From the NCBI GenBank assembly GCA_963814125.1, contig CAWFBR010000010.1, positions 579,083-643,082 on the forward strand: 64,000 nucleotides of DNA, given 5' to 3'. The stretch is from an uncultured Chloroflexia bacterium. Lineage in GTDB: Bacteria; Chloroflexota; Limnocylindria; Limnocylindrales; CSP1-4. Below, piece after piece: positions 44,045 to 54,698 of the stretch. Each line of letters starts with the position of its first letter. Within the stretch, counting starts at the first letter, position 1. Below the pieces are notes generated by a model. That model was not told the origin of the DNA. It saw only the letters and a list, made by a program, of their open reading frames with translations, and made no database searches. A program made the translations under genes and the position numbers.

Positions 44045-45201
44045 TCAGCGAGGCAGGTCGGCCGTGGTCAGCCGCCCTCGGACGCGTCCGGAATAGCGCT
44101 GCTCGGCCAGTTCGACGATCCGCAGGCAGACTGCCCGGAAACCTCCCAGCCCCGCGGCCGCCACCTGGGGGAAGAGGCTGATCGGCGTGAAGCCTGGGAT
44201 CGTGTTGATCTCGTTGAGATACAAGCCGTCGCCCGCGAGCAGGAAGTCGACGCGGGCGAACCCCTCGCATCCGATGGCCCGATACGCCTCCAGGGCCGTT
44301 TGCCGAATCCGTCTGCCCAGGACTTCGTCGACGTCCGCGTGGATCGTCGTCTCCGACACCCCATCGCCGTACTTGGCGACATAGTCGTAGAACTCGCGGC
44401 CCGGAAAGACCTCGCCCGGGCCGAATACCTCGAGCGCCACCGGGTCGTTGCCGACGACGGCAACTTCCAGCTCCCGTGGGTGGTCCAGGTAGCGCTCGAC
44501 GATGACCAGGGTGTCGAAGCGAAAGGCCTCTTCGAGAGCCGGGCCTCTCTCGGCCGGGGTATGGGCGATCGACATTCCCGACCGACGACCCCATTCGCGC
44601 GGGCTTCATCATCAGCCGGCGCTCGCCGCATCCTTCGGAGAAAGATGTCGAGGCTCGTCGAGGACACCCTGCGCGGTCGGCGGCCCAGCGACCGGCCGTC
44701 ACTTCCGCCCAGTCGACCACGTCTGATGCCGAGGCCCTGCACGAGCCGTTTGTATAGCGCCTTGTCCATGGCCACCGCCGAGGCCGCCACACCGGCGCCG
44801 GCATAGGGCAGGTCATACGCCTCGAGCAGGGCCTGGATGGTCCCATCCTCGCCGAAGGGACCGTGCAGAGCCGGAAAGACGATGGGCGGAAGCTGTCGGG
44901 CGGCGATCGACTCGAGGGCCTGGGCCGGGGTCCTGGGGCCCTCTGCCTCGAGCGAGCGGGGGTCGTCGAAGGCTCCCGGACGCGGCCTGCCTGCAGCCGC
45001 GACGGCAGGCATGGACCACCAGCCGTCCAGCAGGTCGATGTAGACCCGCTCGACCGACAGCCCGGCTTCGGCGAGTGCGTCCGCGATCGCCCAGCCCGAG
45101 ACGACGGAGACGTCGTGCTCGGCCGAAGGTCCGCCCAGCAACACGACGACCCCTCTCGCGTTCATTCGGGCCGCCATCTCCTCGCCAGTTGCGCTCGTCA
45201 T
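44045..45201 (-). pseudogene. ddl: D-alanine--D-alanine ligase, disrupted by two frameshifts
   Basis: The N-terminal part (VVVLLGGPSAEHDVS...HGPFGEDGT...DKALYKRL) is in the 44068-45228 frame. The middle part (KPARMGSSVGNV) is in the frame of ORF 44034-44846. The C-terminal part (ALEEAFRFD...ELEVAVVGN...GFARVDF...NEINTIPG) is in the frame of ORF 44045-44575. The frame switches occur near 44705 and 44575, both at short homopolymer runs. Confidence 0.7.
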
Positions 45202-46169
45202 GTCACCTCCGGGAGCCAGTCCGACCAATCTCCGATGAACTCGATCTCGTACACGAGGTCCACGCCGAAACGGTGCGCGACCGCGGCGCGAGCCAGCTCC
45301 GCCAGACGGCGGACTTCGGCCGCGGACGCTCCGCCCGCGTTGACGATGAAGTTGGCGTGCGTCTCGCTTATGGCGGCGCCGCCCAGGCGACTTCCCTTGA
45401 TGCCGCAGGCGTCGATGAGCCGGCCTGCGGAATCGCCCGGCGGATTGCGGAAGACGCTACCGGCGCTCGGCAGATCGAGGGGTTGATGCTCCCGTCGCCA
45501 GCGGCGGATCTCGTCCAGCCGGGCCCGTATCTCGGCGGGAGCCGCGGGGGTCAAGCGGAATGTCGCGCTCAGAATCAGGTCCTGCCATGCCGAGGCGCCG
45601 CCGGTGGCGCTCGGGGCGGCGGCCGTGGTCGCGCCATCGGAATCTGCGGCGTCCCCCGCCCACTCCGCCGCCCGACGCTTGAATCGGCTGTCTCGATACG
45701 TCAGGGCCAGCTCGGACGCTGCCCTGACGACGTCGTCGCCCCTCGCCTCCAGGACCCGGGCCGACTCCAGGATCGCCGCGACGTCCGAGCCGTGGGCGCC
45801 CGCGTTTGCCCACACGGCACCACCGACCGTACCCGGGATCGCCAGGCCGAACTCGAGTCCGGACAGTCCGGACCGCTGCGCCACCGTGGCCGCCCTGGCC
45901 ATGGGCAGGCCCGCGTCCGCAATGAGACGTCGGTCCTCGATCCGGCAGCCGTCGGCGCGACAGAGAATGACCAGCCCCCGAACGCCCGAGTCGCTGACCA
46001 CCAGGTCGCTGCCGCGGCCCATGACCACATGGGGTATCCCGCGGCCTCGGGCGAGCCGGACCAGCCTCACCAGAGACTGAAGGTTATTGACAACGGCGAG
46101 CAGGTCCGCGGGTCCGCCGACGCGCATCGTCGTGTGACCGGCCATGGGCGCGTCGAGGCGAGCGCTCAC
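45198..46169 (-). CDS. murB: UDP-N-acetylenolpyruvoylglucosamine reductase
   Basis: C-terminal 320 aa of the track ORF (HTTMRVGGPADLL...GAVWANAG...SAGSVFRNP). The start is uncertain: candidates are a GTG at about 46169 or the ATG at about 46145. The upstream 280 codons of the track ORF overlap murG and are spurious. Confidence 0.75.
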   Translation of the reverse strand: MSARLDAPMAGHTTMRVGGPADLLAVVNNLQSLVRLVRLARGRGIPHVVMGRGSDLVVSDSGVRGLVILCRADGCRIEDRRLIADAGLPMARAATVAQRSGLSGLEFGLAIPGTVGGAVWANAGAHGSDVAAILESARVLEARGDDVVRAASELALTYRDSRFKRRAAEWAGDAADSDGATTAAAPSATGGASAWQDLILSATFRLTPAAPAEIRARLDEIRRWRREHQPLDLPSAGSVFRNPPGDSAGRLIDACGIKGSRLGGAAISETHANFIVNAGGASAAEVRRLAELARAAVAHRFGVDLVYEIEFIGDWSDWLPEVT

Positions 46170-46342
46170 GCCGTCCAGACCGCGAATCTCGGCGGCGAGC
46201 GCCGCCCACGTTGACCGGGCGGCGGCGGGGGCGGCGCGGGCAGCAGCGGGGCCGGACTTCGCCGGCGTGAGGCCGTCCGCCGCCGGTGCAACGCCGGCCC
46301 CTGGCGTGCCACCTGCCCCCGTCGGTGCACCGCCTCGGCGAT

Positions 46343-47494
46343 TCACTCCGCCGCTCCACGCGAGAGGGCTTCGATGCTCGCGGGGTCCGGGAGAGCTCGC
46401 CTCTCCGCGGACGCCAGGACCAGCTCGGCCACGGCGGCCGCGGCTCCGGGCCGCGCCAGCGACCTGGCGGCTGCCGCCATGGCGGCGTGTTCGTCGGGGT
46501 GATCGAGGATGGCGGCGGCCGCCAGCAGAGCCTCGGCATCGAAGTCCCCGTCCTCGATCAGGCGGGCTGCCCCGGCACCGACCATCTCCTCGGCGTTGCG
46601 GCGCTGATGACCGGCGGCATGGGGATAGGGCACGACCACCATGGGCAGGCCGAACGCCGCGACTTCGGCCAGCGTGGAAGAACCCGCCCGACCGACCACC
46701 ATGTCGGCCCCGGCCAGGACCAGAGTCATCTCCTCGGTCAGGAACCTCTCGGGGCGGTAGCGCGCCCGCAGGTCGGGCGGCAGGGCCTCTCGGTCGGCAG
46801 CCGCCTGATCGTAGCCCCCCTCGCCGGTGATGTGGATCACCCGCACCCGCTCGATCAGTCTCGGCAACGCCTCCGCGACCGCCGCGTTGAATCGCCGCAC
46901 CTCCTGAGAACCGCCGAAGATCAGGAGAAGCCCGTCGTCGTCGGGGATCCCGAGAGCCGCCCTCGCGTCCTGGCGATCGACGCCTGTCGCATCCCGGATA
47001 GGCGTCCCGGTGACGTAGCACGGCCGGCTCCGGCCGAGGGTCCGGCACGTCCCCGCGAACGACACCGCCAGACACCCGGCCAGCCGGGCGGTCACGCGGA
47101 CGCTCCGTCCGGGGACTACGTTGCCGTCCCACATGACGACGGGGATACGAAGCATGGAGGCGGCAAGCAGTACGGGCAGGGCCACATAGCCGCCGGTCGT
47201 GAAGATCGCTTCGGGGCGACGCCGAATAAGGATCGCCAATGCCTGCGGCACCGACAACGACAGGCGCACCGGGTCGAGGAGAACGTGCCCGTTCAACCCG
47301 ACCGACCGGAGCGAGCGCAGCAACAAACGCCGCAGCGGGATGCCCGAACCGGGTACGACCTGCGCCTCGAGACCGCGGTGGCCTCCAACCCAGCGCAGCT
47401 CCGCCGGGTCGGGCCTAGCCTGCAGCGATCGTGCGACGGCGAGAGCCGGGTATATATGTCCCCCCGTACCCCCGCCCACTATCAGCAGACGCAC
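46343..47494 (-). CDS. murG: Undecaprenyldiphospho-muramoylpentapeptide beta-N-acetylglucosaminyltransferase
   Basis: GGGTGGHIYPALA N-terminus and GT28 C-terminal domain. Confidence 0.85.
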   Translation of the reverse strand: MRLLIVGGGTGGHIYPALAVARSLQARPDPAELRWVGGHRGLEAQVVPGSGIPLRRLLLRSLRSVGLNGHVLLDPVRLSLSVPQALAILIRRRPEAIFTTGGYVALPVLLAASMLRIPVVMWDGNVVPGRSVRVTARLAGCLAVSFAGTCRTLGRSRPCYVTGTPIRDATGVDRQDARAALGIPDDDGLLLIFGGSQEVRRFNAAVAEALPRLIERVRVIHITGEGGYDQAAADREALPPDLRARYRPERFLTEEMTLVLAGADMVVGRAGSSTLAEVAAFGLPMVVVPYPHAAGHQRRNAEEMVGAGAARLIEDGDFDAEALLAAAAILDHPDEHAAMAAAARSLARPGAAAAVAELVLASAERRALPDPASIEALSRGAAE

Positions 47495-48722
47495 TAATCC
47501 AACCTCGTTCCACGGTTTCCCGAGAAATGGATAACAGGATGCCCACGGCTGCCAGGCTCACGGTCAGGGACGAGCCTCCCGCCGAGACAAATGGAAGCGT
47601 GATTCCGGTAACTGGTACGACCGCCACGACCACGCCGATGTTGATGAGTGCCTGGAAGCATATCCAGGACGTGATCCCCGCTGCCATCAGGCCGCCGAAC
47701 GTATCTGGCGCCCGGATCGCGGTTCGTATGCCCGCGTAGGTCAGAACCACGAAGAGGCCGATGACGACAGCGCCCCCTACCAGCCCCAGCTCCTGGGCAA
47801 TGACCGAGAAGATGAAGTCGTTGGCGTCGTTCGGGACAAAGATGCGGTCGTTTCCCAGGCCGGTGCCGAAGAGCCCACCGGCGCTGATAGCCTCGAGGCC
47901 CTTGATGGTCTGGTGACCCGCACCCAGGGGATCGGCCCAGGGATCGAGAAGGGTCTGGATACGCTTCAGCGGGTAGTCGCCGATGGCCAGCATGAGGAAC
48001 AATCCGCCGACCGCGCCGCTCGCGCCGGCAAGGATCAGATGGATGATGTTGGCGCCGGCCACGAAATAGAGCGAGAACGCGATCAACGCCAGCACGCTTG
48101 CTGTCCCCAGGTCCGGTTCACGGACGACCAGGAACAGGAAAGGGGCGACGATGATCACGAACGGCACGGTGCCGATGAAGAAGCTGCGGATGCGCGATCC
48201 TCGCGTCGCCAGCCAGTGCGAGAGGTAAACCACCAGGGCCAGCTTGGCGACTTCCGCTACGTGCAGGTCCGGTAGTGGCCCCAGCTGGATCCAGCGGTGC
48301 GACCCGTTGTGCAAGATGCCGATCTGGGGCAGGAGAACGAGGCCCAGCAGACCGAGGGCAACGAGAGCCAGCGGACGGCTCACGACTCGGAGGTAGCGGT
48401 AGTCGAGTCGCATGAAGAAGACCATGGCGGCCAGGCCCAGCAAGCCCGCGACGACCTGAGGCGCGACCAGCTGGAAGGTGTTCTGGCTCCGGGCATATGA
48501 CGGAATCGCCGAGACCGAGTAGACCATCAGGATGCCGATGGCGGACAGCGCTACCACGGCTACCAGGATGATGTAGTCCGGCTCGTGAGCCTCGCGCTTC
48601 AGGACTCCGGGGTCGGCCAGGCCATTGGGCTGGCGGCCAACCGGGCTGGGACCGGAGTTACGCCTGACTCGCTCCCGCTGCGGCTCATCGGGCAGGCCCC
48701 AGCGGTCGCGGCGCCCGTTCAT
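47415..48722 (-). CDS. ftsW: Lipid II flippase/peptidoglycan polymerase FtsW (SEDS family)
   Basis: 10-TM SEDS protein (NDFIFSVIAQELG, PFVSAGGSS) in the dcw-cluster context. It overlaps the murG start by 80 nt. Confidence 0.85.
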   Translation of the reverse strand: MNGRRDRWGLPDEPQRERVRRNSGPSPVGRQPNGLADPGVLKREAHEPDYIILVAVVALSAIGILMVYSVSAIPSYARSQNTFQLVAPQVVAGLLGLAAMVFFMRLDYRYLRVVSRPLALVALGLLGLVLLPQIGILHNGSHRWIQLGPLPDLHVAEVAKLALVVYLSHWLATRGSRIRSFFIGTVPFVIIVAPFLFLVVREPDLGTASVLALIAFSLYFVAGANIIHLILAGASGAVGGLFLMLAIGDYPLKRIQTLLDPWADPLGAGHQTIKGLEAISAGGLFGTGLGNDRIFVPNDANDFIFSVIAQELGLVGGAVVIGLFVVLTYAGIRTAIRAPDTFGGLMAAGITSWICFQALINIGVVVAVVPVTGITLPFVSAGGSSLTVSLAAVGILLSISRETVERGWISASADSGRGYGGTYIPGSRRRTIAAG

Positions 48723-50281
48723 CGGGACGACCCCACCGGGCGGCGCCGGGCTGCAAGCCCCTCCACGGCCGCCTTGAAGGCCCGTCCCCGAGCGGCATAG
48801 TCCACGAACATGTCGAAGCTTGCGGCGGCCGGGCTGAGGAGCACGGTAGCCGGCCCGGACGCATCGGCGCCTGGTGCCTCGAGCAGGCCTCGCGCGATTG
48901 CGTCCCCGCGGGCAACCGCCGCCTCGAGTGTCGGAGCCAGTTCCACGCGGCTCATGCCGTGGCCTCGGAACAGCTCGGCCAGCGCCGGTGCCGACTCTCC
49001 GATCAGGACGGCTGCGTCGGCGCGTGCCGCCGCCACCGGTCCCAGCCCCGAGAGGTCCACGCCCTTGTCGCGGCCTCCGGCTATGAGGACGAGTGGCCGC
49101 GGGAATGCCCGCAGCGCGGCGATCACGGCATCGGGCTGAGTTCCCTGGGAGTCATTGATGAATCTGACTCCGTCCAGGGTCGCCACCGGCTCCAGACGAT
49201 GCTCCACTCCGACGAACCCGGCGGCCGCGCTTCGGATCGCGGCCGGAGTCACTCCGAAGAGGAGGCCCACGGCTGCTGCGGCCAGGGCGTTGGAGACGTT
49301 GTGCCGGCCGGGTATCGCCAGCTCCGCGACCGGAAGAATGCGGCCTCCGGAGCCGACTTCCGCCACGCCCCCGCCGGCCACGGCCAGGCGCTCCACGGCC
49401 GAGGCCACGATCCAGCCGTCCTCCACGCCGAGCCCTCCGGAAGACGGCCGGTCCAGCCGGTAACTCACCACCGGCGCACGTGCGATCGACGCGTACGTGG
49501 CGACGACCGGGTCGTCGGCGTTGATCACCAGCGCGCCGCCCCGATCGACGAGTTCGGCCAGGCGCCGCTTGACCCTTCGATACGACTCCAGGCTGCCGTG
49601 TCGATCGAGGTGGTCGGACGTCACGTTGGTGTAGACGGCAACGGTGGTCCCTCGGGATAGGGTCGGGAGCTGCAGCTCGGAGAGTTCGATGACCACGCGG
49701 TGTTCGGGCGTCAACTCCGTCACGCGCTCCACCAGGGGGGTACCGATGTTGCCGCCCAGGATTGCCGGGTGGACCGGATCACCGACCAGCAGCGCCGCGA
49801 TGAGAGACGCCGTCGTGGTCTTGCCCTTCGTGCCCGTGACTCCGATCGTCGGGCACGGGCACATCCGCAGCACCAGGTCCGCCTCGCTGACCAGCGCCGG
49901 CGCTGAGCTGGGTTCTGCCAGATGAGCATCCACCACTGCCCGGAGCTCGGCGCGCAGCCGAGGCTCGGTGGTCGGGAAGTCCGGGTTGATGCTGGGCGAG
50001 GTAGCGATGAGATCCGCACCGGCCCACGTCGCCGCCGGGTCTATGTCCGGTCCGAGTGCAAGCGCGATGGTGCGCCCACCGAGTGCCTCTATGGCTGGAG
50101 CAAGCTCTCCGGGCAGCTGCCGGTCGTAGACGGTGACCCGACAGCCCGAGTCGGCAAAGAAGCGGGCCAGGGCGATGCCGCTGCGGGCCAGCCCCAGCAC
50201 GGTCACAGAACGCCCCGCGATGAGGCCGTCACGGACGCCGGCGGCTGTGAGACCGTCAAGATCCACGACAGAGTTCGTCAT
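48719..50281 (-). CDS. murD: UDP-N-acetylmuramoylalanine--D-glutamate ligase
   Basis: Mur ligase with GVTGTKGKTT P-loop and DSQGTQP; ATGA overlap with ftsW. Confidence 0.85.
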   Translation of the reverse strand: MTNSVVDLDGLTAAGVRDGLIAGRSVTVLGLARSGIALARFFADSGCRVTVYDRQLPGELAPAIEALGGRTIALALGPDIDPAATWAGADLIATSPSINPDFPTTEPRLRAELRAVVDAHLAEPSSAPALVSEADLVLRMCPCPTIGVTGTKGKTTTASLIAALLVGDPVHPAILGGNIGTPLVERVTELTPEHRVVIELSELQLPTLSRGTTVAVYTNVTSDHLDRHGSLESYRRVKRRLAELVDRGGALVINADDPVVATYASIARAPVVSYRLDRPSSGGLGVEDGWIVASAVERLAVAGGGVAEVGSGGRILPVAELAIPGRHNVSNALAAAAVGLLFGVTPAAIRSAAAGFVGVEHRLEPVATLDGVRFINDSQGTQPDAVIAALRAFPRPLVLIAGGRDKGVDLSGLGPVAAARADAAVLIGESAPALAELFRGHGMSRVELAPTLEAAVARGDAIARGLLEAPGADASGPATVLLSPAAASFDMFVDYAARGRAFKAAVEGLAARRRPVGSSR

Positions 50282-50288
50282 CGTCGGC

Positions 50289-51311
50289 CTACTTCGGGAT
50301 CGAGGCGACGAAGAGAGTCACCCCGAGCATGCCGGCCAGGGCACCGACGATCCAGAAGCGCATCGTGATCTTCTCTTCGTCCCAGCCGCCCAGCTCGAAG
50401 TGGTGATGCAGCGGGGCCATTCGGAAGACACGCTTGCCGCGGAGCTTGTAGCTCGCAACCTGGATGATGTCGGAGGCCACTTCCAGGACGAAGATGATCC
50501 CGATCAGCGGCAGGATTAGGACCTGGCCGGTGATGAGCGCAACCACCGCGAGCATCCCACCGAGCGACAGCGCGCCCGAGTCGCCCATGAACACCTGGGC
50601 TGGGTGGACGTTGAACCACAGGAATCCCAGGATCGTGCCTATGACGATGGCGTTGACCACGGCCAGGTTCTCCTGGAAGGGCTCGTTGAGCAGGGCGATG
50701 ATCAAGAAGCTGATGAAGGCGAAGACGAGAGTCCCACCCGCCAGCCCATCGAGCCCGTCCGTCAAGTTCACCCCGTTGCTGGCGCCAACGATGGCGACGA
50801 CCGCCACAAGGATGAACAGAATTGCCCCCAGCTCGATATCCCTGTTGACCAGTGGGAGCAGGATCGTCGAGGTGAACTCACGATCGCCGAGGAACGGGAC
50901 TCGGAGACCGTTGAAACCGAAATGGTTCTGGACATAGACGGCGACGATGATCGCGACCACCAGCTGCCAGATGATCTTGTGTCGTCCCCGAATCCCGATG
51001 CCCGTGCGGGCGTTCAGGAAGTCGTCGACGGCTCCGAGCGCCCCGATGACCGCGAGCACGAAGAGCGGCGAGTATGTGGAGGCGTCCAGGGCGCCGAAGA
51101 CACCGGCCAGGCTCAGGACCACGACCACGATCAAGACCCCGCCCATCGTCGGGGTCCCCTGCTTGATCAGATGGCTCCCGGGTCCTTCTTCGCGGATCTG
51201 CTTGCCCATCCCCAACCAGCGCAGCAGGCGCAGGTATGGAGGCATGAGGATGACCATGCAGGCGAAAGCAAGCAGCAGCCCCTGGATCAGTTCCACTCCA
51301 TGCTCTTTCAC
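50289..51311 (-). CDS. mraY: Phospho-N-acetylmuramoyl-pentapeptide transferase
   Basis: Start taken at the GTG that overlaps the murF stop. Motifs NLTDGLDG, GDSGALSLG and HHHFE. Confidence 0.9.
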   Translation of the reverse strand: MKEHGVELIQGLLLAFACMVILMPPYLRLLRWLGMGKQIREEGPGSHLIKQGTPTMGGVLIVVVVLSLAGVFGALDASTYSPLFVLAVIGALGAVDDFLNARTGIGIRGRHKIIWQLVVAIIVAVYVQNHFGFNGLRVPFLGDREFTSTILLPLVNRDIELGAILFILVAVVAIVGASNGVNLTDGLDGLAGGTLVFAFISFLIIALLNEPFQENLAVVNAIVIGTILGFLWFNVHPAQVFMGDSGALSLGGMLAVVALITGQVLILPLIGIIFVLEVASDIIQVASYKLRGKRVFRMAPLHHHFELGGWDEEKITMRFWIVGALAGMLGVTLFVASIPK

Positions 51312-52834
51312 CGGACCTCCTCGCGGGTCGAGTGCGCTCCTCCCGGCGCCTCGATGTCGCCAATCCAGCCCCCGAAGTTCGATTCCAGAGAGCCCACGAT
51401 CCACTCCAGTGCGGCGCCCCGCGAGGCCTTGACCAGCACCGTGTCGCCGGGACGGAGCCGCTGCCGCAGAACCGCCAGCGCTGCCCGGCGATCGGGCACC
51501 AGGACGACACCGTCTCCGAGCGTCGCTGCTCCGGCGGCCATCCCGGCCGCGCCGGGACCGACGACGACGAGCTGATCCACTATCTGGGCCGCCGCCGCTC
51601 CGACGTCACGATGGCCACGTTCGTGAGCCTCGCCGAGCTCGAGCATCTCCCCCAGGACCGCCACGTGGCGGCCGGGCAGCGTGGAGAGCAACTCCAGGGC
51701 CGCGAGCATCGAGGCCGGCGAGGCATTGTACGTGTCATCGAGGACGGTCAGCCCGGCGACCCGGACGATCTGGTCGCGATGCTCTGCCCGCCAGCCTCGG
51801 CCGAGGCCGGCCAATATCTGGTCCAGGTCCAGCCCGGCCGCCACCCCGACGGCCGCTGCGGCCAGGCCGTTGTGCACGCCATGACGGCCGAGGGCGGGCG
51901 TCTCAACCCCGACCGCGCCGCCGGGCGCGACTAACCGAAACTTCATGCCCTCCAGACCGGCGGAAGCCACTTCCTCTGCCCGCACGTCCGCCTGCGGGGA
52001 GAAGCCGTAGGTGATTGTCCGCGCCTCGGTACGGGCACGCATCCCGACCACTCTTGCGTCGTCGGCGTTGAGAACCGCCGTCCCGTCGGGGGGCAACGCC
52101 TCAACGAGTTCCGCCTTGGCCCGCGCCACGTCGTCGATGCTGCCGATGCGGGAGAGGTGGACCTCGCGAACGGCAGTCACCACACCGATCCGGGGCTGCG
52201 CGATGGCGGCCAGCTGGGCGATTTCGCCGCCGACGTACATCCCCATTTCGAGCACCGCGGCTTCGTGCTCGGGCCCCATCCGCAGCACGGTGAGTGGCAA
52301 CCCGACCTCGTTGTTGGCGTTGCCCTCGCTCTTGAGAGTGGCGTAGCGCTCGGCCAGGACGGTCGCAATCGCCTCCTTGGTGGAGGTCTTGGCGATGCTG
52401 CCGGTCACGCCCACGACGAGCGGCGAGAACCGGTCGCGCCAGGCCCGAGCCACGCCATGGAGTCCCATGAGCGTGTCCGGAACGGCCACGATGGCGACGT
52501 CCGACATGTCCGCCATCGTCAAGTCGGTCCCGGGCCCTGAGGACCATTCGGCCTCGCGTACGAGCAGGGCGGCCGCACCCGCGGCGATCGCGTCGCCAAG
52601 GAAACGATGTCCGTCCGTGGTCTCGCCGGGCAGGGCTACGAAGAGGTTGCCGGGCGCGACGATGCGCGAGTCGACGGCTGCGCCCCGGATGGACCTGCCC
52701 GAGGGGCGGACCAGTCTTCCGCCGGTGGCTGCGGCGATCTCGGTGGCGGTCAGGGCTTTCGGCCCCACGCCGGGCTGAGACTCCCGGGGTCGGGTGTCGG
52801 TCACGCTCCCAGTGTCGCACAGCCGGCAGCTCAC
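51308..52834 (-). CDS. murF: UDP-N-acetylmuramoyl-tripeptide--D-alanyl-D-alanine ligase
   Basis: LTATEIAAATGG N-terminus, P-loop GVTGSIAKTSTKE, DTYNASP. The exact start is uncertain; there may be a GTG a few codons downstream. Confidence 0.8.
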   Translation of the reverse strand: MSCRLCDTGSVTDTRPRESQPGVGPKALTATEIAAATGGRLVRPSGRSIRGAAVDSRIVAPGNLFVALPGETTDGHRFLGDAIAAGAAALLVREAEWSSGPGTDLTMADMSDVAIVAVPDTLMGLHGVARAWRDRFSPLVVGVTGSIAKTSTKEAIATVLAERYATLKSEGNANNEVGLPLTVLRMGPEHEAAVLEMGMYVGGEIAQLAAIAQPRIGVVTAVREVHLSRIGSIDDVARAKAELVEALPPDGTAVLNADDARVVGMRARTEARTITYGFSPQADVRAEEVASAGLEGMKFRLVAPGGAVGVETPALGRHGVHNGLAAAAVGVAAGLDLDQILAGLGRGWRAEHRDQIVRVAGLTVLDDTYNASPASMLAALELLSTLPGRHVAVLGEMLELGEAHERGHRDVGAAAAQIVDQLVVVGPGAAGMAAGAATLGDGVVLVPDRRAALAVLRQRLRPGDTVLVKASRGAALEWIVGSLESNFGGWIGDIEAPGGAHSTREEVR

Positions 52835-52850
52835 GTTACTGGGCTCGCCA

Positions 52851-54686
52851 TCAGCCGAGCGACTTGGCTTTCGGTCCGGTGGGCGGCGCCGGGCCGTCCT
52901 TGTTGGCAGGGATTTGAAGCGTGGTAACCGCGTCGGTCGCGATGCGCCGGAAGAGCTCCGTGGACTGCACCGGCATGGGCAGCACCCCCTGGGCGACCTT
53001 GGTAGGAGTCCCCTGGTAGATCACGAGACCGATGGTCACGTCCGGCGAGCTGTGGCCGACCCAACCGTAGAAGCTGTAGTTGTAGATGTCGCTGAGCCAG
53101 CCGCCTTTGCCCTTGTCCAGAGCGGGATCCCAGATCTGAGCCGTGCCTGTCTTGCCACCCACGAAGTAACCAGGGATATAGGTGGACTGTGCGTAGGACG
53201 GCACCGTCGTGACGACGTGAGTCATCAGCCCGGTCAAGGAGTCCGAGAGGCTGGCGCTGATGATCCGGGACGGCGCGGCGCTCGGCGAAGAAGTCGCCTT
53301 CACCCCGTCGGGCTCGGCGACGTGTGGCGTCACCACGATGCCGCCGTTCGTCATCTCGGAGTAGGCGCAGATTACCTGCATCGGCGTGACCGCCACGCCC
53401 TGCCCGAAGGAGGCGTTGGCCAGGTCGATCTGACTCCAGGGCGTGACCGCGGGATCTCGCACGATGCCGTCGACCTCGCCCGCGAGGTCCACGCCCGTCG
53501 CCCGGCCGATGCCATACGACTGCCAGGTCTTATAGAGAGTCGCCGAGGCCGAATTTATGGTCTTCCCGAGACGGAAGGCAACCTGAGATGCGCCGACGTT
53601 GCGCGACCAGGCGACGACATCGGCGAAGGTCAGCCAACCCATCGACTTGCGGTCGGCATCGGCGACTTCCTGATCACCCGGCAGCTTCATCACGCCGGAG
53701 TCGTTGATCTTGGTCGTCAGCAACGTGGTCTTCGACTCCAGGGCCGCCGATGCGGTCAGCATCTTGAAGACGGATCCCGGCTCGTAGACCTCGGTGATGA
53801 TCGGATCCATGAACAGGCCCGGGTTCTGCGCGGCGACCTGTCCGTATGTGTTCGCGTCGTATGAGGGGTAGCTCGCCTCGGCCAGGACGGCGCCCGTCTT
53901 CGGGTCCAACACGATCGCCGACACGGTCTTGGCTTTGTCGGCTATCCAGGTTGCGAAGACCTCCTGCTCGACCTGGAGCTGGAGGCCGGCGTCGATCGTG
54001 GTGCGGATGTCCTCGCCTGGAGCGCCCGGGTCCACCACCGTCGTCCCGGCCGGGCCGGGTGTGCCCGGGTCGATCCGGACCACTTCAGGCCGGCCGGCCA
54101 GCACGGCGTCGTAGTTCTGCTCGAACCCGTACTGTCCCTGTCCGGCGGCGTTGACGAAGCCCAGCATCTGGGCCGCGAGCGACGTATGCGGGGCGCCCCC
54201 GGCCTGCGGATACACCCGCACCGGAGTCGGCTCGAGGGTGATGGTAGGCAAAGAACCGTACGCCTGACCCTGGGCGATCTCCTTCGCCACATCGGCGTCG
54301 ATGTTCGTGGCCAGGACGACGTAATAGCCGTCTCCGGTCATGGCTTTGCGCAGCGCCGCCTCCGCGTCCCCGGTCAGACCTAGGTAGTCGACCAGCGCCG
54401 CGGTATCACGCTGCCGCTGGACGGCGTCCATTCCATGAAGGTCGGCTATCAGACGGTAGCGGTAGATGGTCTCGGCCAGAACGATCGTCCCTGTCCGGTC
54501 GTAGATGGTGCCTCTCGTCGCCGGCAGGAAATGGTCCACGGAAGAGGGGCCACCGGCCATGGCCGTAAGCTGCTCGCGCTGGTTGACCTGCCAGTAGGCC
54601 AGGCGCGCCACCATGCCGCCGGACAGCAGCGTCAGCACAAGGAACAGCAGCAGGAGGCGGCCTCGCGAGTCCGTGCGGCCGAGCAT
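52851..54686 (-). CDS. ftsI: Peptidoglycan D,D-transpeptidase FtsI (class B PBP)
   Basis: N-terminal TM helix, dimerisation domain, and the transpeptidase motifs SVFK, SRN and KTGT. Confidence 0.85.
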   Translation of the reverse strand: MLGRTDSRGRLLLLFLVLTLLSGGMVARLAYWQVNQREQLTAMAGGPSSVDHFLPATRGTIYDRTGTIVLAETIYRYRLIADLHGMDAVQRQRDTAALVDYLGLTGDAEAALRKAMTGDGYYVVLATNIDADVAKEIAQGQAYGSLPTITLEPTPVRVYPQAGGAPHTSLAAQMLGFVNAAGQGQYGFEQNYDAVLAGRPEVVRIDPGTPGPAGTTVVDPGAPGEDIRTTIDAGLQLQVEQEVFATWIADKAKTVSAIVLDPKTGAVLAEASYPSYDANTYGQVAAQNPGLFMDPIITEVYEPGSVFKMLTASAALESKTTLLTTKINDSGVMKLPGDQEVADADRKSMGWLTFADVVAWSRNVGASQVAFRLGKTINSASATLYKTWQSYGIGRATGVDLAGEVDGIVRDPAVTPWSQIDLANASFGQGVAVTPMQVICAYSEMTNGGIVVTPHVAEPDGVKATSSPSAAPSRIISASLSDSLTGLMTHVVTTVPSYAQSTYIPGYFVGGKTGTAQIWDPALDKGKGGWLSDIYNYSFYGWVGHSSPDVTIGLVIYQGTPTKVAQGVLPMPVQSTELFRRIATDAVTTLQIPANKDGPAPPTGPKAKSLG

Positions 54687-54698
54687 TGGCGCTGCCCC

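Noticed and set aside
45198-47132. 644-aa MurB ORF as a single protein
   Set aside because: Only the C-terminal ~320 aa resemble MurB. The upstream 280 codons are Arg/Gly-rich and overlap murG in another frame, so this is treated as an N-terminal over-extension.
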